From positions 29,312 to 93,311 of the forward strand of contig CAZJVP010000072.1 of the NCBI GenBank assembly GCA_964549615.1: a DNA stretch of 64,000 nt, read 5' to 3'. The DNA comes from an uncultured Thermococci archaeon. Lineage in GTDB: Archaea; CAYQAE01; CAYVLA01. Positions within the stretch are counted from its first letter, which is position 1, and each line of letters starts with the position of its first letter. Below are positions 1 through 10,380 of the stretch, one piece after another. The position numbers were made by a program, and so were the translations under genes. The notes beneath the pieces are model-generated. The model had not been told where the DNA came from, did no database searches, and saw only the letters and a list, made by a program, of their open reading frames with translations.

Positions 1-665
1 CGGAAGATGGCCTTGTGGATCACATCCAAGTGCGCGAGGGGATGCATCACCAATTCAGCGCGTCTGTCGTCGGCCTGCAACACCGTGCACTTCGACCCCC
101 TGAGGTTCGCCTCCATAACTGCAGTGTAGAGCGCGAACTGCGGCGGGCCCTCGATGAGAGGCATCCATGCGTCCATCGCGACCTTGAACGCGGCGCCGTC
201 CAGAAAGAACCGCTGAGCGTACTCCTTCCCTCCGATCCTTTTGAGCTCCTTGTAGATCTTAGAAATCATGCGGACCTCTAGCTCCGAGCATATCCAGCAT
301 CTCTGTCCCTCATCCAGCTTGAGTATCTGGCCGTATGGCATGCTGGGAACGGAGTGGAGCGGTATGAAGATCGTCTCCAGGTGGGAGATCCTCCATTGAC
401 CCTTGCTGCGGACGAGCGTGAAGATGAACCTTTCGCGGTCCTCCGTGAGATAGGTCACCGCCTTGGCCCTTCCGTCTTTGAGGACCTTTATCCTGTGGAC
501 CTCCATGGGAAAGGAACGGCCCGAGTATGCCTTCTGCAGCACCTGGTAGAACGCGAGTATGACCGACGAGAAGGGGCCCTTGGATATCAGCTCATTCGCA
601 GCGTTCTGGTCGCCGGTTTCGATCCCGAGCTTGAACTTCTCAAGGACGGATGCTATTTCCTCCAA
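1..665 (-). CDS. hypothetical protein, 5' part only (N-terminus at 665, continues beyond left edge of window)
   Basis: Open frame on the minus strand with no stop from 665 to position 1. Coding-like translation (MEEIASVLEKFKLGIETGDQNAANELISKG...). Only in-frame start after the upstream stop is TTG at 665. Co-oriented downstream of dnaJ. Not in the ORF track because it is truncated. Confidence 0.5.
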   Translation of the reverse strand, partial: MEEIASVLEKFKLGIETGDQNAANELISKGPFSSVILAFYQVLQKAYSGRSFPMEVHRIKVLKDGRAKAVTYLTEDRERFIFTLVRSKGQWRISHLETIFIPLHSVPSMPYGQILKLDEGQRCWICSELEVRMISKIYKELKRIGGKEYAQRFFLDGAAFKVAMDAWMPLIEGPPQFALYTAVMEANLRGSKCTVLQADDRRAELVMHPLAHLDVIHKAIF

Positions 666-835
666 GGTCGACCCCGGCCCATCTATCCCCGGTCACAAAA
701 TCATCGCCGTCCGGGCTCTTAACTTTGCCCTCCGAACCTCCGAACCTGATCCGTCGGTTGGAAGTCCGGCGGCCTTCGTCCGCAGCTCGAGATCGCCCGT
801 GCCAGTCGTGCCTATCTTTTAGGCAAGGAGGGCGC

Positions 836-2014
836 CTATTGCCGGGCGTGGTTCCACCTGTCAAAGAAGCTTCGTTTCTGTCCCTTTCTGGGCGTTCCTT
901 CCGCCTGAAGAGATTTGAGCTCTTCGATAAGCTCCCTCTCCCGTCCGGAGACGTTCTTGGGAATGCTCACCTCGACCTTGACGTGCTGGTCCCCCACTCC
1001 ACCCCTCTCAAGGTCAGGCAGGCCTTTGCCCTTCAGCCTGAAGATGGTTCCGCTCTCAGTCCCGGGAGGAATCTTGATCACAGCGGTTCCCTTCAGAGTC
1101 GGGACCTCAAGTTCCCCGCCCAGAACCAGCAGCGCGTAGCTGACCGGGACCTTCATGTAGATCTCCGGGCCGTCCCTCTGGAAGACCGGATGCGGCCTGA
1201 CGTGCACAACCACGTAGAGGTCGCCCGGCGAGCCTCCCATCCTGCCCTTCTCGCCTTGGCCGGATATCCGCAGCCGCGATCCGTCATCGATGCCGGCCGG
1301 AACGTTCACCGATATCCTCCTGGATCTTCGAACGATGCCCTTCCCGCGACACTGCTGGCACGGCCTCTCAACGGTCCTGCCGCTTCCCCTACACCTTACA
1401 CAAGGCTGGATGCGGACGAACTGGCTGAAGCCGCGGGTCTGAACGTCCCTGATCTGCCCCCGTCCCCCGCAATCCGGGCAGGTCCTGAGAGCCGTACCGC
1501 CCTCAGCCCCGGTGCCCCCGCAGGCCGGGCAGTCCTCCTCATGATCGAACTCGATCTCCTTCTTTGCCCCGAAAGCTGCCTCCTCGAAACTCACCTCGAG
1601 GTCGTACCGCAGATCGGCACCGCGCTCACGGCCGCGGGGTTCACGACGGTCGAAGAAGAAGTCGAAAAGGGATCCCCCGCCTCGACCGAAGAATTCCTCG
1701 AAGATGCCGCCTCCAAAAATGTCATCGATGTCGCCGAAGTGGGTGAAGTCCCTCCACGTGAAGCCGCCGGGGCTGAAGTTGCCCTGCACGCCCGCGAAGC
1801 CGAACTGATCGTACGCCGCCCTCTTCTCCGGATCCGCAAGGACCTCGTAGGCCTCGGAAAGCTCCTTGAACTTCTCCTCGGCACCCTTCGGGTCGTCCTT
1901 ATTGAGGTCGGGGTGGTACTTCTTGGCCAGTCTCCTATACGCAGCCTTGATCTCGTCGAGGGTCGCGTTCCTCGAGACCCCCAACACCTCGTAATAGTCC
2001 CGTTTCTGGGCCAA
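836..2014 (-). CDS. dnaJ: chaperone DnaJ (Hsp40)
   Basis: J-domain with HPD motif (KKYHPDLNK). Gly/Phe-rich linker. Four CxxCxGxG zinc-finger repeats ([32 protein letters not shown]). Confidence 0.95.
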   Translation of the reverse strand: MAQKRDYYEVLGVSRNATLDEIKAAYRRLAKKYHPDLNKDDPKGAEEKFKELSEAYEVLADPEKRAAYDQFGFAGVQGNFSPGGFTWRDFTHFGDIDDIFGGGIFEEFFGRGGGSLFDFFFDRREPRGRERGADLRYDLEVSFEEAAFGAKKEIEFDHEEDCPACGGTGAEGGTALRTCPDCGGRGQIRDVQTRGFSQFVRIQPCVRCRGSGRTVERPCQQCRGKGIVRRSRRISVNVPAGIDDGSRLRISGQGEKGRMGGSPGDLYVVVHVRPHPVFQRDGPEIYMKVPVSYALLVLGGELEVPTLKGTAVIKIPPGTESGTIFRLKGKGLPDLERGGVGDQHVKVEVSIPKNVSGRERELIEELKSLQAEGTPRKGQKRSFFDRWNHARQ

Positions 2015-2037
2015 TAGGTACCACCGACAGGGTTCCC

Positions 2038-3906
2038 CTACTTCTTGTCCTCCTCATCGACGACCTTGTAGTCTGCATCCACCACCTTCTCCTTCGACCC
2101 CTTCTTCGCGCCCTCGGACCCGCCCTTGTTCTCGGATCCGCCCTTCTCATCGGGCCTGGGCCCCGCCTGCTGGTAGATCTTGGTGGTGGCTTCGTACATA
2201 ACCTTCGTCAGCTTCTCGATCGCCTCGTTGATCCTTGAGGCGTCTTCGCGTCCGACCGCCTCCCGAAGCGACTTCACCTCGGTTTCTATGGCCGATTTCT
2301 GGTCCGCGGTGAGCTTGTCACCCATCTCCTTTAGCGTCTTTTCTGCGGTGTAGATCATCGTGTCTGCTCTGTTCTTCAGCTCGGCCATCTCCCGCCGCTT
2401 CCTGTCCTCCTCGGCGTGCTTCTCCGACTCCTTCATCATACGGTCGATCTCTTCCTTGCTGAGCTTGGTCGAGGCCGTTATGGTCATCTTCTGCTCCTTG
2501 CCCGTGGCGAGATCCTTGGCGCTCACGTTCAGAATCCCGTTCGCGTCTATGTCGAAAGTGACTTCGATCTGGGGAACTCCCCTCGGGGCCGGCGGAATCC
2601 CAACCAGGGTGAACCTCCCGAGGGAGATATTGTCCGCCGCCATTGCCCTCTCACCTTGGAGGACATGGATCTCGACGCTCGTCTGGAAATCGGAGGCGGT
2701 CGTGAATATCTGGCTCTTCCTCGTCGGAATCGTCGTGTTCCTGTCGATGAGCTTCGTGAACACGCCGCCCAACGTCTCTATCCCCAGCGTCAGGGGCGTC
2801 ACGTCGAGCAGAAGTATGTCCTTTATCTCACCGGCGAGAACCGCGCCTTGGATTGCGGCCCCCATCGCCACGCACTCCATCGGATCTATCCCCCTCTCAG
2901 GCTCCCTGCCGAGGATCGATTTGAACTTCTCCCTCACGCAAGGCATCCTTGTCGGACCGCCAACCAGGATTATCTTGGAGATGTCACTTGGCTGAAGCTT
3001 GGCATCGGACAACGCCGTCCTTATCGGCTGTTCGAGCTGTCGCAGGATCGGATCCACGAGCTCCTCCAGCTTCGCCCGCGTAAGCGTCAGCTCCAGGTTC
3101 TTTGGCCCCTTGGAGTCACTCGCTATGAAGGGAAGGCTGATCTGTGTCGTGATGGTGCTGGAGAGCTCAATCTTTGCCCTCTCCGCAGCCTCCCTGACCC
3201 TCTGCATCGCGGTGTGATCCGACCTCAGATCGATCCCCGTCTGGGCCTTGAACTGCTGAACCATCCAATCGATGATCTTCTGGTCCATGTCTGTTCCGCC
3301 AAGTTGCGTATCGCCGCTGGTCGAAAGCACTTCGAACACGCCATCTCCGATCTCCATGATGGTAACATCGAACGTGCCTCCGCCGAAGTCCAGTATGGCA
3401 ACCCTCATGTTGCCTCCTTTATCAAGCCCGTAGGCCAGCGCGGCCGCCGTGGGCTCGTTTATTATCCTCACGACCTCGAGGCCGGCGATCGTTCCTGCGT
3501 CTTTGGTGGCCTGTCTCTGATTGTCGTTGAAGTAGGCGGGGACGGTTATCACCGCCTTCTTGACCTCCTCGCCCAAGAACGCTGAAGCGTCGTCCTTGAT
3601 CTTCCTGAGGATTCTGGCCGAGATCTCCTGAGGGGTGTATGACTTGCCGTCTATCGTGACGGTGTAGTCCGTCCCCATCTTGCGCTTTATCCCGATGATC
3701 GTTCGATCCGGCTTCAGGGCGGCCTGTCTCCTTGCCGGCTCGCCCACCAAGACGGTGCCGTCCTCCATGAAGCAGACTACGGAGGGAAACATCTTGCCGG
3801 CATAGGTGGGCCCCTCGGCGCTTGGAACTATCACGGGCCGGCCGCCTTCGACAACCGCGCATTGAGAGTTGCTCGTCCCAAGATCTATGCCAACGATCTT
3901 AACCAA
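2038..3906 (-). CDS. dnaK: chaperone DnaK (Hsp70)
   Basis: Hsp70 signatures [29 protein letters not shown]. The ORF track extends to 4050, but the conserved N-terminus (M)[10 protein letters not shown] begins at TTG 3906. Upstream residues are intergenic read-through. Confidence 0.95.
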   Translation of the reverse strand: MVKIVGIDLGTSNSQCAVVEGGRPVIVPSAEGPTYAGKMFPSVVCFMEDGTVLVGEPARRQAALKPDRTIIGIKRKMGTDYTVTIDGKSYTPQEISARILRKIKDDASAFLGEEVKKAVITVPAYFNDNQRQATKDAGTIAGLEVVRIINEPTAAALAYGLDKGGNMRVAILDFGGGTFDVTIMEIGDGVFEVLSTSGDTQLGGTDMDQKIIDWMVQQFKAQTGIDLRSDHTAMQRVREAAERAKIELSSTITTQISLPFIASDSKGPKNLELTLTRAKLEELVDPILRQLEQPIRTALSDAKLQPSDISKIILVGGPTRMPCVREKFKSILGREPERGIDPMECVAMGAAIQGAVLAGEIKDILLLDVTPLTLGIETLGGVFTKLIDRNTTIPTRKSQIFTTASDFQTSVEIHVLQGERAMAADNISLGRFTLVGIPPAPRGVPQIEVTFDIDANGILNVSAKDLATGKEQKMTITASTKLSKEEIDRMMKESEKHAEEDRKRREMAELKNRADTMIYTAEKTLKEMGDKLTADQKSAIETEVKSLREAVGREDASRINEAIEKLTKVMYEATTKIYQQAGPRPDEKGGSENKGGSEGAKKGSKEKVVDADYKVVDEEDKK

Positions 3907-3920
3907 GTCGAGACCTCCAT

Positions 3921-4496
3921 TCAGCTGCTTGCCTTTCCTGATGAGACGGCGACCTTCGCGGGCCGTATGGTCTTGGAGTTGAGGAGATAGCCCCTCGAGT
4001 ATTCCTGGACGATGACGTTCTCCGGGTGTTCTTCGCTTGCAACTCGGCACACTGCTTCGTGATACCGCGAGTCGAATGGCTTCCCCACCGACTCCACCGG
4101 CGTGAGCCCCTCTCTTCTGAGTATCCCGTCCAGCTGTTCCAAGGTCATCTTGACTCCCTTCATCAAAGGATCCGAGTCCCCTCTGCCGAGCGCCTCACCC
4201 GCCTGTACCGCTCGCTCAAGGTTCTCAAGGACGTCGACCAGGGACTTGACGATGTTCTCGGACGCAAACTTGACGAACTCCTCCTTCTCCTTCTCCATCC
4301 TCTTCCTGAAGTTATCGAACTCAGCCTGCAGCCTAAGGAGCCTTTCGAGGTACCCCGCGGCCAGCTTCGTCTGCTCGTCCAGTTTCTGCTGGAGCCCCTG
4401 GACCTGCTCCTCAAGCTCCCGGATCCTCTGAGCCCTTGGATGCCGCTTGGGGTCCTTCGGTCTCCCCACAGGCTCCTCCACGCCCTTCGGGTCCAC
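3921..4496 (-). CDS. grpE: nucleotide exchange factor GrpE
   Basis: GrpE-family sequence with coiled N-terminal region. First gene of a grpE-dnaK-dnaJ arrangement. GTG start. Confidence 0.9.
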   Translation of the reverse strand: MDPKGVEEPVGRPKDPKRHPRAQRIRELEEQVQGLQQKLDEQTKLAAGYLERLLRLQAEFDNFRKRMEKEKEEFVKFASENIVKSLVDVLENLERAVQAGEALGRGDSDPLMKGVKMTLEQLDGILRREGLTPVESVGKPFDSRYHEAVCRVASEEHPENVIVQEYSRGYLLNSKTIRPAKVAVSSGKASS

Positions 4497-4543
4497 AGAA
4501 GATCCCGCTCACCTGGTTGATAAGAATAGGTTCCCTTGGCGGG

Positions 4544-4555
4544 TTTTTAATTTAT
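4544..4555 (-). promoter_or_regulatory. AT-rich TATA-box-like element upstream of grpE (candidate hsp70-operon promoter)
   Basis: TTTTTAATTTAT is the only AT-rich block in the 88-bp grpE upstream region, ~45-60 nt from the grpE start. Confidence 0.3.
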
Positions 4556-4584
4556 CCTCAAGAGCCCCCCGGGTACTTTCGGAG

Positions 4585-5424
4585 TCATCTCCGAAGGATG
4601 TTTATGAGCGGGTCGGTGTATTCGCCATCTAGGCGGACCTGCACGACCTGCATGATCGCCTGAGATCCCTCGACCCTCGCGCCATTCACGGCCATCGAGA
4701 AGAATATTCGATCGTCCTTGTGCAGGTCTCGGAATCTGACGGTTCCCAGGGCCGGAAGGTCGTCGAGCGGCAAGACGCCAGACTGCCTGAGCGGAGTCGA
4801 TGAATACTTCGTTGCATTGTCGTTGAGCTGGATGACGACGTCCTGTATTGAGTTCTTCCAAGCCAAGAAGAACTCCGCGAACCCCGAATAGAACTGCGTA
4901 ATGTTCCCCGAGCCGTCGAAGAAGAACGCGAAGACCAAGGGCAGATCTGACCCAGCCCCGGGAGGGGCGAGGCCCTCAAGGCAGCTAGAGTAGTCCATCA
5001 GGAGCAGCTTGAACGTTTCGCCCTCCGACCCAACCTCGAGTTCCTTCCGCACGACCTCAAGATCCACCACCTCGGAAAGGGCCCTCACCTTCTCGTCAAG
5101 CTCACGCACCTGTTTCACGCGCAGGGCCTTCTCCACCACCGTGAGGCTTTGCCAATCCGTATAGTTCACGGCGAATGTCCGGTTCCGCAGCACGCAGAAC
5201 CTCAGGACGAGGTCGGTGACCGGCCGCCTCACCATGATGCTCAGGGTATAAGGCGACCTTCCCTCCGCAGGGGGAAGCTGTAATCGGCCGCGGGCTGACG
5301 GGACATCCCAGTCATTCTTCAGGATTTCGATGGTCCTTTCCACCCTCTCGCCAAAGAGGATGTTGAAGAGGGCGCTGGAGACGATCGCCGCAATGATGAG
5401 GGTCCCCAGAAGCCTTCTATCCAT
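4585..5424 (-). CDS. hypothetical protein with N-terminal membrane anchor
   Basis: 279-aa ORF. N-terminal hydrophobic helix (LLGTLIIAAIVSSALFNILF). No recognisable catalytic motif. Confidence 0.6.
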   Translation of the reverse strand: MDRRLLGTLIIAAIVSSALFNILFGERVERTIEILKNDWDVPSARGRLQLPPAEGRSPYTLSIMVRRPVTDLVLRFCVLRNRTFAVNYTDWQSLTVVEKALRVKQVRELDEKVRALSEVVDLEVVRKELEVGSEGETFKLLLMDYSSCLEGLAPPGAGSDLPLVFAFFFDGSGNITQFYSGFAEFFLAWKNSIQDVVIQLNDNATKYSSTPLRQSGVLPLDDLPALGTVRFRDLHKDDRIFFSMAVNGARVEGSQAIMQVVQVRLDGEYTDPLINILRR

Positions 5425-5544
5425 CGGACCACGCTGCCCCTCAAGGGTCTGATCTGGGCGGGGCCCACTTCATAAAAAGCTCATGTAGATCCTTTGTTCC
5501 GGAATCTTCCCCGCGTTTTTGGAATCAGCAGGACGGACCGCGCC

Positions 5545-6288
5545 CTACGCTGGGGCCGCTAGGTAGATGGCAGAAGACTCCCAGGGAATCGTCTTCGTTA
5601 ACTTGAGCCCCGCCTGCTTCAGCAAAGCCTCCACCTCTTCCGGAGCAAGGAGCATTAGGTCAAACCATGGCCCGATGAAGCTCTTGTACCTGACGCGGAG
5701 CTTCACCAGGCCGGGCGGACGATGGGACGCGAGATTCCTCAAGCGATAGTCCTCGTCGACGGCCGTGCCCGGCTCGTTGGGATTGGAGGTGTGGGCTATG
5801 AGATGTCCCTGTGGGAGAAGGACCCTCCTCACGTCCCGCAGCATCTCACCCGTGTTCTTGACATCCCCCGAGATGCCCAACCCGTTGTTCATCAGGAGAA
5901 CGGCATCGAAGATCCGCGCCTTGAACGGAAGCCTGCGCGCGCACCCAAGCACAAGCAGCTTCCCTCCCCTCTCCCTGCACACGCGCAAAACGGTCCTAGA
6001 GTTGTCGAGCCCGACCGCGAAGGCCCTCCGCTGCAAACCGAGCAGGTGGCGCCCGGCCCCGCACCCGATATCCAGTACCGTGGAATCCACGAAGGAGAGA
6101 GCCTGCGTCTCCTCGTACCTCCAGTCCTGCTCCGTTTCAAAATAGAGGTCGATCGGCTCCTCCATCAGTACGCCATCGTCCCTTTCGATCATGCACGGAT
6201 TCCCCCGATTGCCCCTATGGTAATCCATGACCGCAATTCCTAGGGAGTCGACGGCGCTCACGTCGCCTGACCACGAAAGACGAGTCAA
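5545..6288 (-). CDS. class I SAM-dependent methyltransferase
   Basis: Motif I LDIGCGAGRH followed by acidic motif II (VGLDNS) and LLVLGCARRLP. Start may be the internal M (MDYHRGN). Confidence 0.8.
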   Translation of the reverse strand: MTRLSWSGDVSAVDSLGIAVMDYHRGNRGNPCMIERDDGVLMEEPIDLYFETEQDWRYEETQALSFVDSTVLDIGCGAGRHLLGLQRRAFAVGLDNSRTVLRVCRERGGKLLVLGCARRLPFKARIFDAVLLMNNGLGISGDVKNTGEMLRDVRRVLLPQGHLIAHTSNPNEPGTAVDEDYRLRNLASHRPPGLVKLRVRYKSFIGPWFDLMLLAPEEVEALLKQAGLKLTKTIPWESSAIYLAAPA

Positions 6289-6357
6289 TAAGTATTTCCG
6301 CCGATCGATGCCGCAAGTGATTCGTCGCGGGATCGCGGACCGCCCTCATGCACGTGG

Positions 6358-6540
6358 CTAGCCATCGTCCGCCTTGACTACAGCCTTCAGCCCGACCCGC
6401 TCCATTTCACGGGTGATTCGGCCGACTATGGACCTCAGTGCGGAGTGGGGCACCAGTGAATTCTCGTGGTCCCTGATGTCGCTTATGGTTATCTTCCACT
6501 CATCCGTCCCCGTTTTGGGCGCTCCCTTCCGAAAGCCCAC
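6358..6540 (-). CDS. small hypothetical protein (60 aa)
   Basis: GTG-initiated ORF with high GC3 and coding-like composition, 70 nt downstream of the methyltransferase gene. No family recognised. Confidence 0.3.
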   Translation of the reverse strand: MGFRKGAPKTGTDEWKITISDIRDHENSLVPHSALRSIVGRITREMERVGLKAVVKADDG

Positions 6541-6708
6541 GGCAGCCTTGAAGCTTGTTACGGGTTATTAGCTCTCTTGTCGCACCAGGCTGTTTGCCTA
6601 ACGTTCATCTAGTCCCGTCTTCGAAGCTTCCGCGGCGACGCAACCACGATCGCGCACCAAGCTCCTGCGATCGTCCTTGGGGTCAGGGCTGTGCGAGGGA
6701 TGCTCCGG

Positions 6709-7281
6709 TTATCCGGAGGGGCGGATTGCGTCTAGCGCCTGCTCGAAGACGTCCTTGATGGGTCGGCTGGCATCCAGTACTTTCATCTTCGTGGGAAAGC
6801 GGTTGGCACTCCTGAAGATTCTCAAGTACTGGTCCCTCACGAGTCCCAGGAAAGCCTCCCTCTCAAACTTGTCGGTTCTCGAGCACCTTGAGAAGGCAAC
6901 GCTGGGCTGGACGTCGAGGATCAGCACGATGTCGGGAAGGCGGAGGTGCTGCCATCTGTTCGCCCTGAGGATATCCTGCCACTTCACTCCCTGTGCGCCT
7001 TGATAGGCAAGGGAACAGTATATCGACCTGCTCGATACGAGCGTCCTGCCCTGAGACAACCACTCCACGATCTTCGGTTTGAGCAGCCACCTGTCCAGGG
7101 CGAATAGCAGGACGTCCGTCCATGGATCCTCGCTCTTTGCGAGAAGTTTCTTCACGAAATCGTGGTATGGCTCGGCGAATCCAACGACATCCGTCCCCTG
7201 GCGAGCAAGGTGCTCCACAAGCATCCTTTGTAGGGTTGTCTTCCCCGACCCGTCGATGCCGCCGATTGCGATGTACGTCAG
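6709..7281 (-). CDS. tmk: thymidylate kinase; start codon unresolved (P-loop lies upstream of first ATG at 7224)
   Basis: P-loop GIDGSGKTT and DRW (LID-region) motifs. In-frame continuation upstream of the ORF-track start encodes ...LTYIAIGGIDGSGKTTLQR-M. The only possible initiators after the upstream in-frame TAG (7294-7296) are non-canonical (e.g. CTG 7279-7281). Confidence 0.75.
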   Translation of the reverse strand: MTYIAIGGIDGSGKTTLQRMLVEHLARQGTDVVGFAEPYHDFVKKLLAKSEDPWTDVLLFALDRWLLKPKIVEWLSQGRTLVSSRSIYCSLAYQGAQGVKWQDILRANRWQHLRLPDIVLILDVQPSVAFSRCSRTDKFEREAFLGLVRDQYLRIFRSANRFPTKMKVLDASRPIKDVFEQALDAIRPSG

Positions 7282-7293
7282 GCTCCCTTCCCG

Positions 7294-8712
7294 CTAAGCT
7301 ATCTCGCCAAGAACGCAACCGGCGGTCAGGCAGTCACCCAGGCCAACCGTGTTGAGCGTGACCCTGGAAAGGAGACACGGCGTGAGAACGACCCATGCCT
7401 CACTGCCGTCGAACTTCGCAAGCCAGATGCCCTCGCTCGTCTCCTCGCCAAGGGCTCCGAAGCGCTCGTAGAATCCGAGGCCGGCTGGGGACGGCTCGAG
7501 CCGATCGGCCGAGATCAGTCTTTCCAGATCCTCCATGCCCCCGAACTCCCCACTGTAAGCCCTGTTCTGTGCCGATAGAATCCCCAGCATCTGGGAATCC
7601 CGAACGACCTCAGGCGCCACCCCGTAGCTGTCCTTCAGGACAGACACCACGAAGTCCTTGCTGTGGACCAACACCTTTTTCACGCCCTGGGATGAGGCGA
7701 ACCTGAACATCCCATCGACCATCCTCACGGGATCCTCCGGCCTCGCACCGTGGTTTGCGAGAACCGCTTGCAGCTCATCCTCGTTCATGCCGATGCTATC
7801 GGAGACATCGCACGCCCTGCTGATTATGTCCCTGCGGATGACCGCATCCTGCACATCCGCCAGCTCGAAGTGGACCCTGATCGCCGGGTTCTTTCCCCGC
7901 CACCGTCTGACCAAACCGAGGGCCTCTTCCAGCCTGTCAAGGTAGGTTGTGCCGTCCGGATACGACCGCTTGAGCATGTGGAGTCCGGTGAGGATGAGCT
8001 TGTCGATGTCGCTGATTCTCTCGTCCACCCCTTTCACGAAGGCCGGGTCGATGACTATCTTGCCGTTGTAGTCGTCCGCATTCGCGATGAAACGGTTGTT
8101 CCTCGGAGAGACGAACCTATGTCCCCGCCACTCAAAACCAGTCCCCTGCCTGAACTCAACGATCAGATGAACTAGCTCTCGATCCTCCCGCGAGGCCTCG
8201 CTGGGGCGGCGGAAGGTGACCTTCCCTCCCCTCATCACGGGCAGGAGGATGTTCCCCCTATCCAGGAAAAGCCTTGCCTGCCTCTCCGGAAGCTGGACGG
8301 CATGGGGGATGACGAACCTCGCTCCCAGGGCCGAGAGGGCGTTCGCCATTATGCCGGCGTTCCCCCCCATCCGATAGGCGTCGATGGGGAGGTTGGTGAC
8401 GATCCACTCGTAGGCCGCCTGATCGTAGATCATATACTCCCCTCCAGCCCCCCGGCCGATGAAGTGCATCAGCCCGGCCAAGAAATCTGCAGGATTGTCT
8501 ATGCGGCCCGGAGGCGAGTCCCTGCGAAGAAAGGCCTGATCCGCAAGCTCCGGATGGGAGACGAGAAGAGCGCGAAGCCGCTCATCGTTCAGGTTAATTA
8601 TCCCGTCGATGTTCGTGTTGAAAGCGACGGCCACCCCCGCGGAACGGGGCAACCTTCTGCGGAAGTTTTGGATTGCCTCGTAGTAGAGTCCCAGCCAGTT
8701 AACGGCCGGCAT
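7294..8712 (-). CDS. ADP-dependent glucokinase/phosphofructokinase family sugar kinase
   Basis: Family motifs NTNID, GGNAGIMAN, GMNEDE, TVGLGD. 472 aa. Confidence 0.85.
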   Translation of the reverse strand: MPAVNWLGLYYEAIQNFRRRLPRSAGVAVAFNTNIDGIINLNDERLRALLVSHPELADQAFLRRDSPPGRIDNPADFLAGLMHFIGRGAGGEYMIYDQAAYEWIVTNLPIDAYRMGGNAGIMANALSALGARFVIPHAVQLPERQARLFLDRGNILLPVMRGGKVTFRRPSEASREDRELVHLIVEFRQGTGFEWRGHRFVSPRNNRFIANADDYNGKIVIDPAFVKGVDERISDIDKLILTGLHMLKRSYPDGTTYLDRLEEALGLVRRWRGKNPAIRVHFELADVQDAVIRRDIISRACDVSDSIGMNEDELQAVLANHGARPEDPVRMVDGMFRFASSQGVKKVLVHSKDFVVSVLKDSYGVAPEVVRDSQMLGILSAQNRAYSGEFGGMEDLERLISADRLEPSPAGLGFYERFGALGEETSEGIWLAKFDGSEAWVVLTPCLLSRVTLNTVGLGDCLTAGCVLGEIA

Positions 8713-8931
8713 AGTCCTGCCGAGAGGAAACGAGCGCCGGTATTGAAAACTCTAACCCACAAGCCGGCCGGCCCGGATCCCGTCGCAGGGAGCAAAAAAT
8801 ACATTTATGAGTGCAAAGGCCCGACTGCAGGCGAACGCGTTCAGGTTCGGGCCCGAGTCCATCGCGATCCCGGCTGGCAGCGGCGTCTCCGAGGGTGGGC
8901 TTGGCTGGAACCCGAGCGGGAGGGTTGCGAT

Positions 8932-9339
8932 TTGGCAGTCACCGATGAGATCGTGGAGTTTTATTCTTCGATCCTGAACGGGTCGTTGGGCCGGTATGCA
9001 GGAATTGTGGGGGCACCTGCCGTGGACCTCATCGTGAAACCCGCGGTTCAGAGAGCACAGAAGGAGCACAGGTTCCTGGAGGCCGTCGAAGTCAATGGGG
9101 GGAGGATCGTGGCAAAAGAGATCTCGGCAGACATCGAGGTCCTCAAGGGCGGGTTTAACACCCTAACCAAGGCCATCGTCGACAGCCTGGCATACGTGTT
9201 CGGCCCGGAGGAGGTCATCCCGGAAACCCGGAAGATATACGGCGATGTGGCCCGATCCAAGCAGCAGCTCATCCAGGACGCCAAGATCGCCAAGGGACTT
9301 CCTGCCTTCCTGTCGGAGGAGGTATGGGAGGAGGTGTGA
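8932..9339 (+). CDS. hypothetical protein (~135 aa)
   Basis: 3' part of ORF 8302..9339 that lies outside the antisense overlap with the kinase gene. Coding-like sequence (VDLIVKPAVQRAQ...LKGGFNTLTKAIVDSLAYVFG). TTG at 8932 preceded by GGGAGGG. 16-nt overlap with the next gene. Confidence 0.35.
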   Translation: MAVTDEIVEFYSSILNGSLGRYAGIVGAPAVDLIVKPAVQRAQKEHRFLEAVEVNGGRIVAKEISADIEVLKGGFNTLTKAIVDSLAYVFGPEEVIPETRKIYGDVARSKQQLIQDAKIAKGLPAFLSEEVWEEV

Positions 9340-10364
9340 AGATGGGATTTCTCGCCGGCCTTAAGAGCAGGCTCTCAGGGAAGCCCACTTTGGAGCAGTT
9401 CGAGAAGAAGACCATCGGACTTCCTCCCGCGGAGGCTGCCCCGAAATGGGTGGAGTTCGCCAAGGAACATGAGGAGCTCAAACCGGACGACGCCATGTAC
9501 GGATACAGAAGGGCCGCCGCCCTGTATCGTGAGATAGGGGACATGAAGGCGTTCGTGCAACAGTCCTTGAACTATGCCAAGGCAGCGGAGAGGGTTCCGG
9601 AGTACGCCATCGCGGGCGATGGGTTCAGGGTCGCCGCGGAGTACGAGAAGGAGGGATCTGAACAGAACTATGCGAGGGCGGCAGACAACTACCGAAAGGC
9701 TGGGGAGAAGGCCGAGGCAGACAGGCACACCACCCTTGCATCCGACATGTATGCCGCTGCGGCCGACTGTTACGAGAGGGCCAAGGACTACCAGAAGGCG
9801 ATCGAGAATCACCTGAAATCCACAGCGATAAGCGAGAGGAAGAAGCACCTCATCAGGGTCGCAAGGGACTACGGCAAGGTGGCCGAGAACTACCTCAGGC
9901 TCAAGGACTACGAGAAGTCAGCCGAGTTCTTTCTCAAGCACGCTGAGGCCGAGACGAGCAGGGCCAACGTCGCCTACTCGGACGGTTACTACCGAGCCGG
10001 CGCCACATATGTGAAGGCTGGCAAGCTGGACAAGGCAGCGGAAGCTTACCTGAAGCATGCGGAGTTCTCCAATGAGCCGGCGTACGGGTACAGGAACGCG
10101 GCACAATGCTACCAGAAGCTGGGCGACCCGGAGAAGGCGTTGGAGTACTACCTCAAGGCGGTGGACGACGACCTTGCCAAGGGGCGCACCTTTGTGGCCG
10201 CGGAGGTGCTCAAACTAGCCAGGACGATCGCCAAGGATAAGTCGAAGATCGACGCAAAGCTTCAGGAGATAAGGGTTCCTGCAGGATTCGAGAAGGCCTC
10301 CTTAGAATTCCGAAAGACGCTGGGGAGGGAGCTTCAGCGCAAGGGGCTTCCAGCCCTGACCTAG
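9324..10364 (+). CDS. TPR-like helical repeat protein
   Basis: Repeated ~34-aa units rich in A/Y/K (…YxKAG/AxxYLKHAE…). GGAGGAGG RBS before the ATG. Confidence 0.7.
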   Translation: MGGGVKMGFLAGLKSRLSGKPTLEQFEKKTIGLPPAEAAPKWVEFAKEHEELKPDDAMYGYRRAAALYREIGDMKAFVQQSLNYAKAAERVPEYAIAGDGFRVAAEYEKEGSEQNYARAADNYRKAGEKAEADRHTTLASDMYAAAADCYERAKDYQKAIENHLKSTAISERKKHLIRVARDYGKVAENYLRLKDYEKSAEFFLKHAEAETSRANVAYSDGYYRAGATYVKAGKLDKAAEAYLKHAEFSNEPAYGYRNAAQCYQKLGDPEKALEYYLKAVDDDLAKGRTFVAAEVLKLARTIAKDKSKIDAKLQEIRVPAGFEKASLEFRKTLGRELQRKGLPALT

Positions 10365-10380
10365 CCGCAAGCGGCCGCGC

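Noticed and set aside
650-2017. 455-aa plus-strand ORF
   Set aside because: Fully antisense to dnaJ. Pro/Arg/Ser-rich composition typical of GC-rich antisense frames.
2416-3585. 389-aa plus-strand ORF (and 2360..2995)
   Set aside because: Antisense to dnaK.
7294-7296. Idea that TAG is decoded (pyrrolysine/amber suppression), fusing the ADP-dependent kinase to Tmk
   Set aside because: About 17 of ~45 confident genes in this window terminate with TAG at positions matching conserved C-termini (DnaJ, DnaK, HypF, HypE PRIC*, NikR). So TAG is an ordinary stop here.
8302-8931. 5' two-thirds of plus ORF 8302..9339
   Set aside because: Overlaps the ADP-dependent kinase gene on the opposite strand. 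Trp/Arg-rich non-coding-like translation. Only the 3' part (8932..9339) kept, at low confidence.
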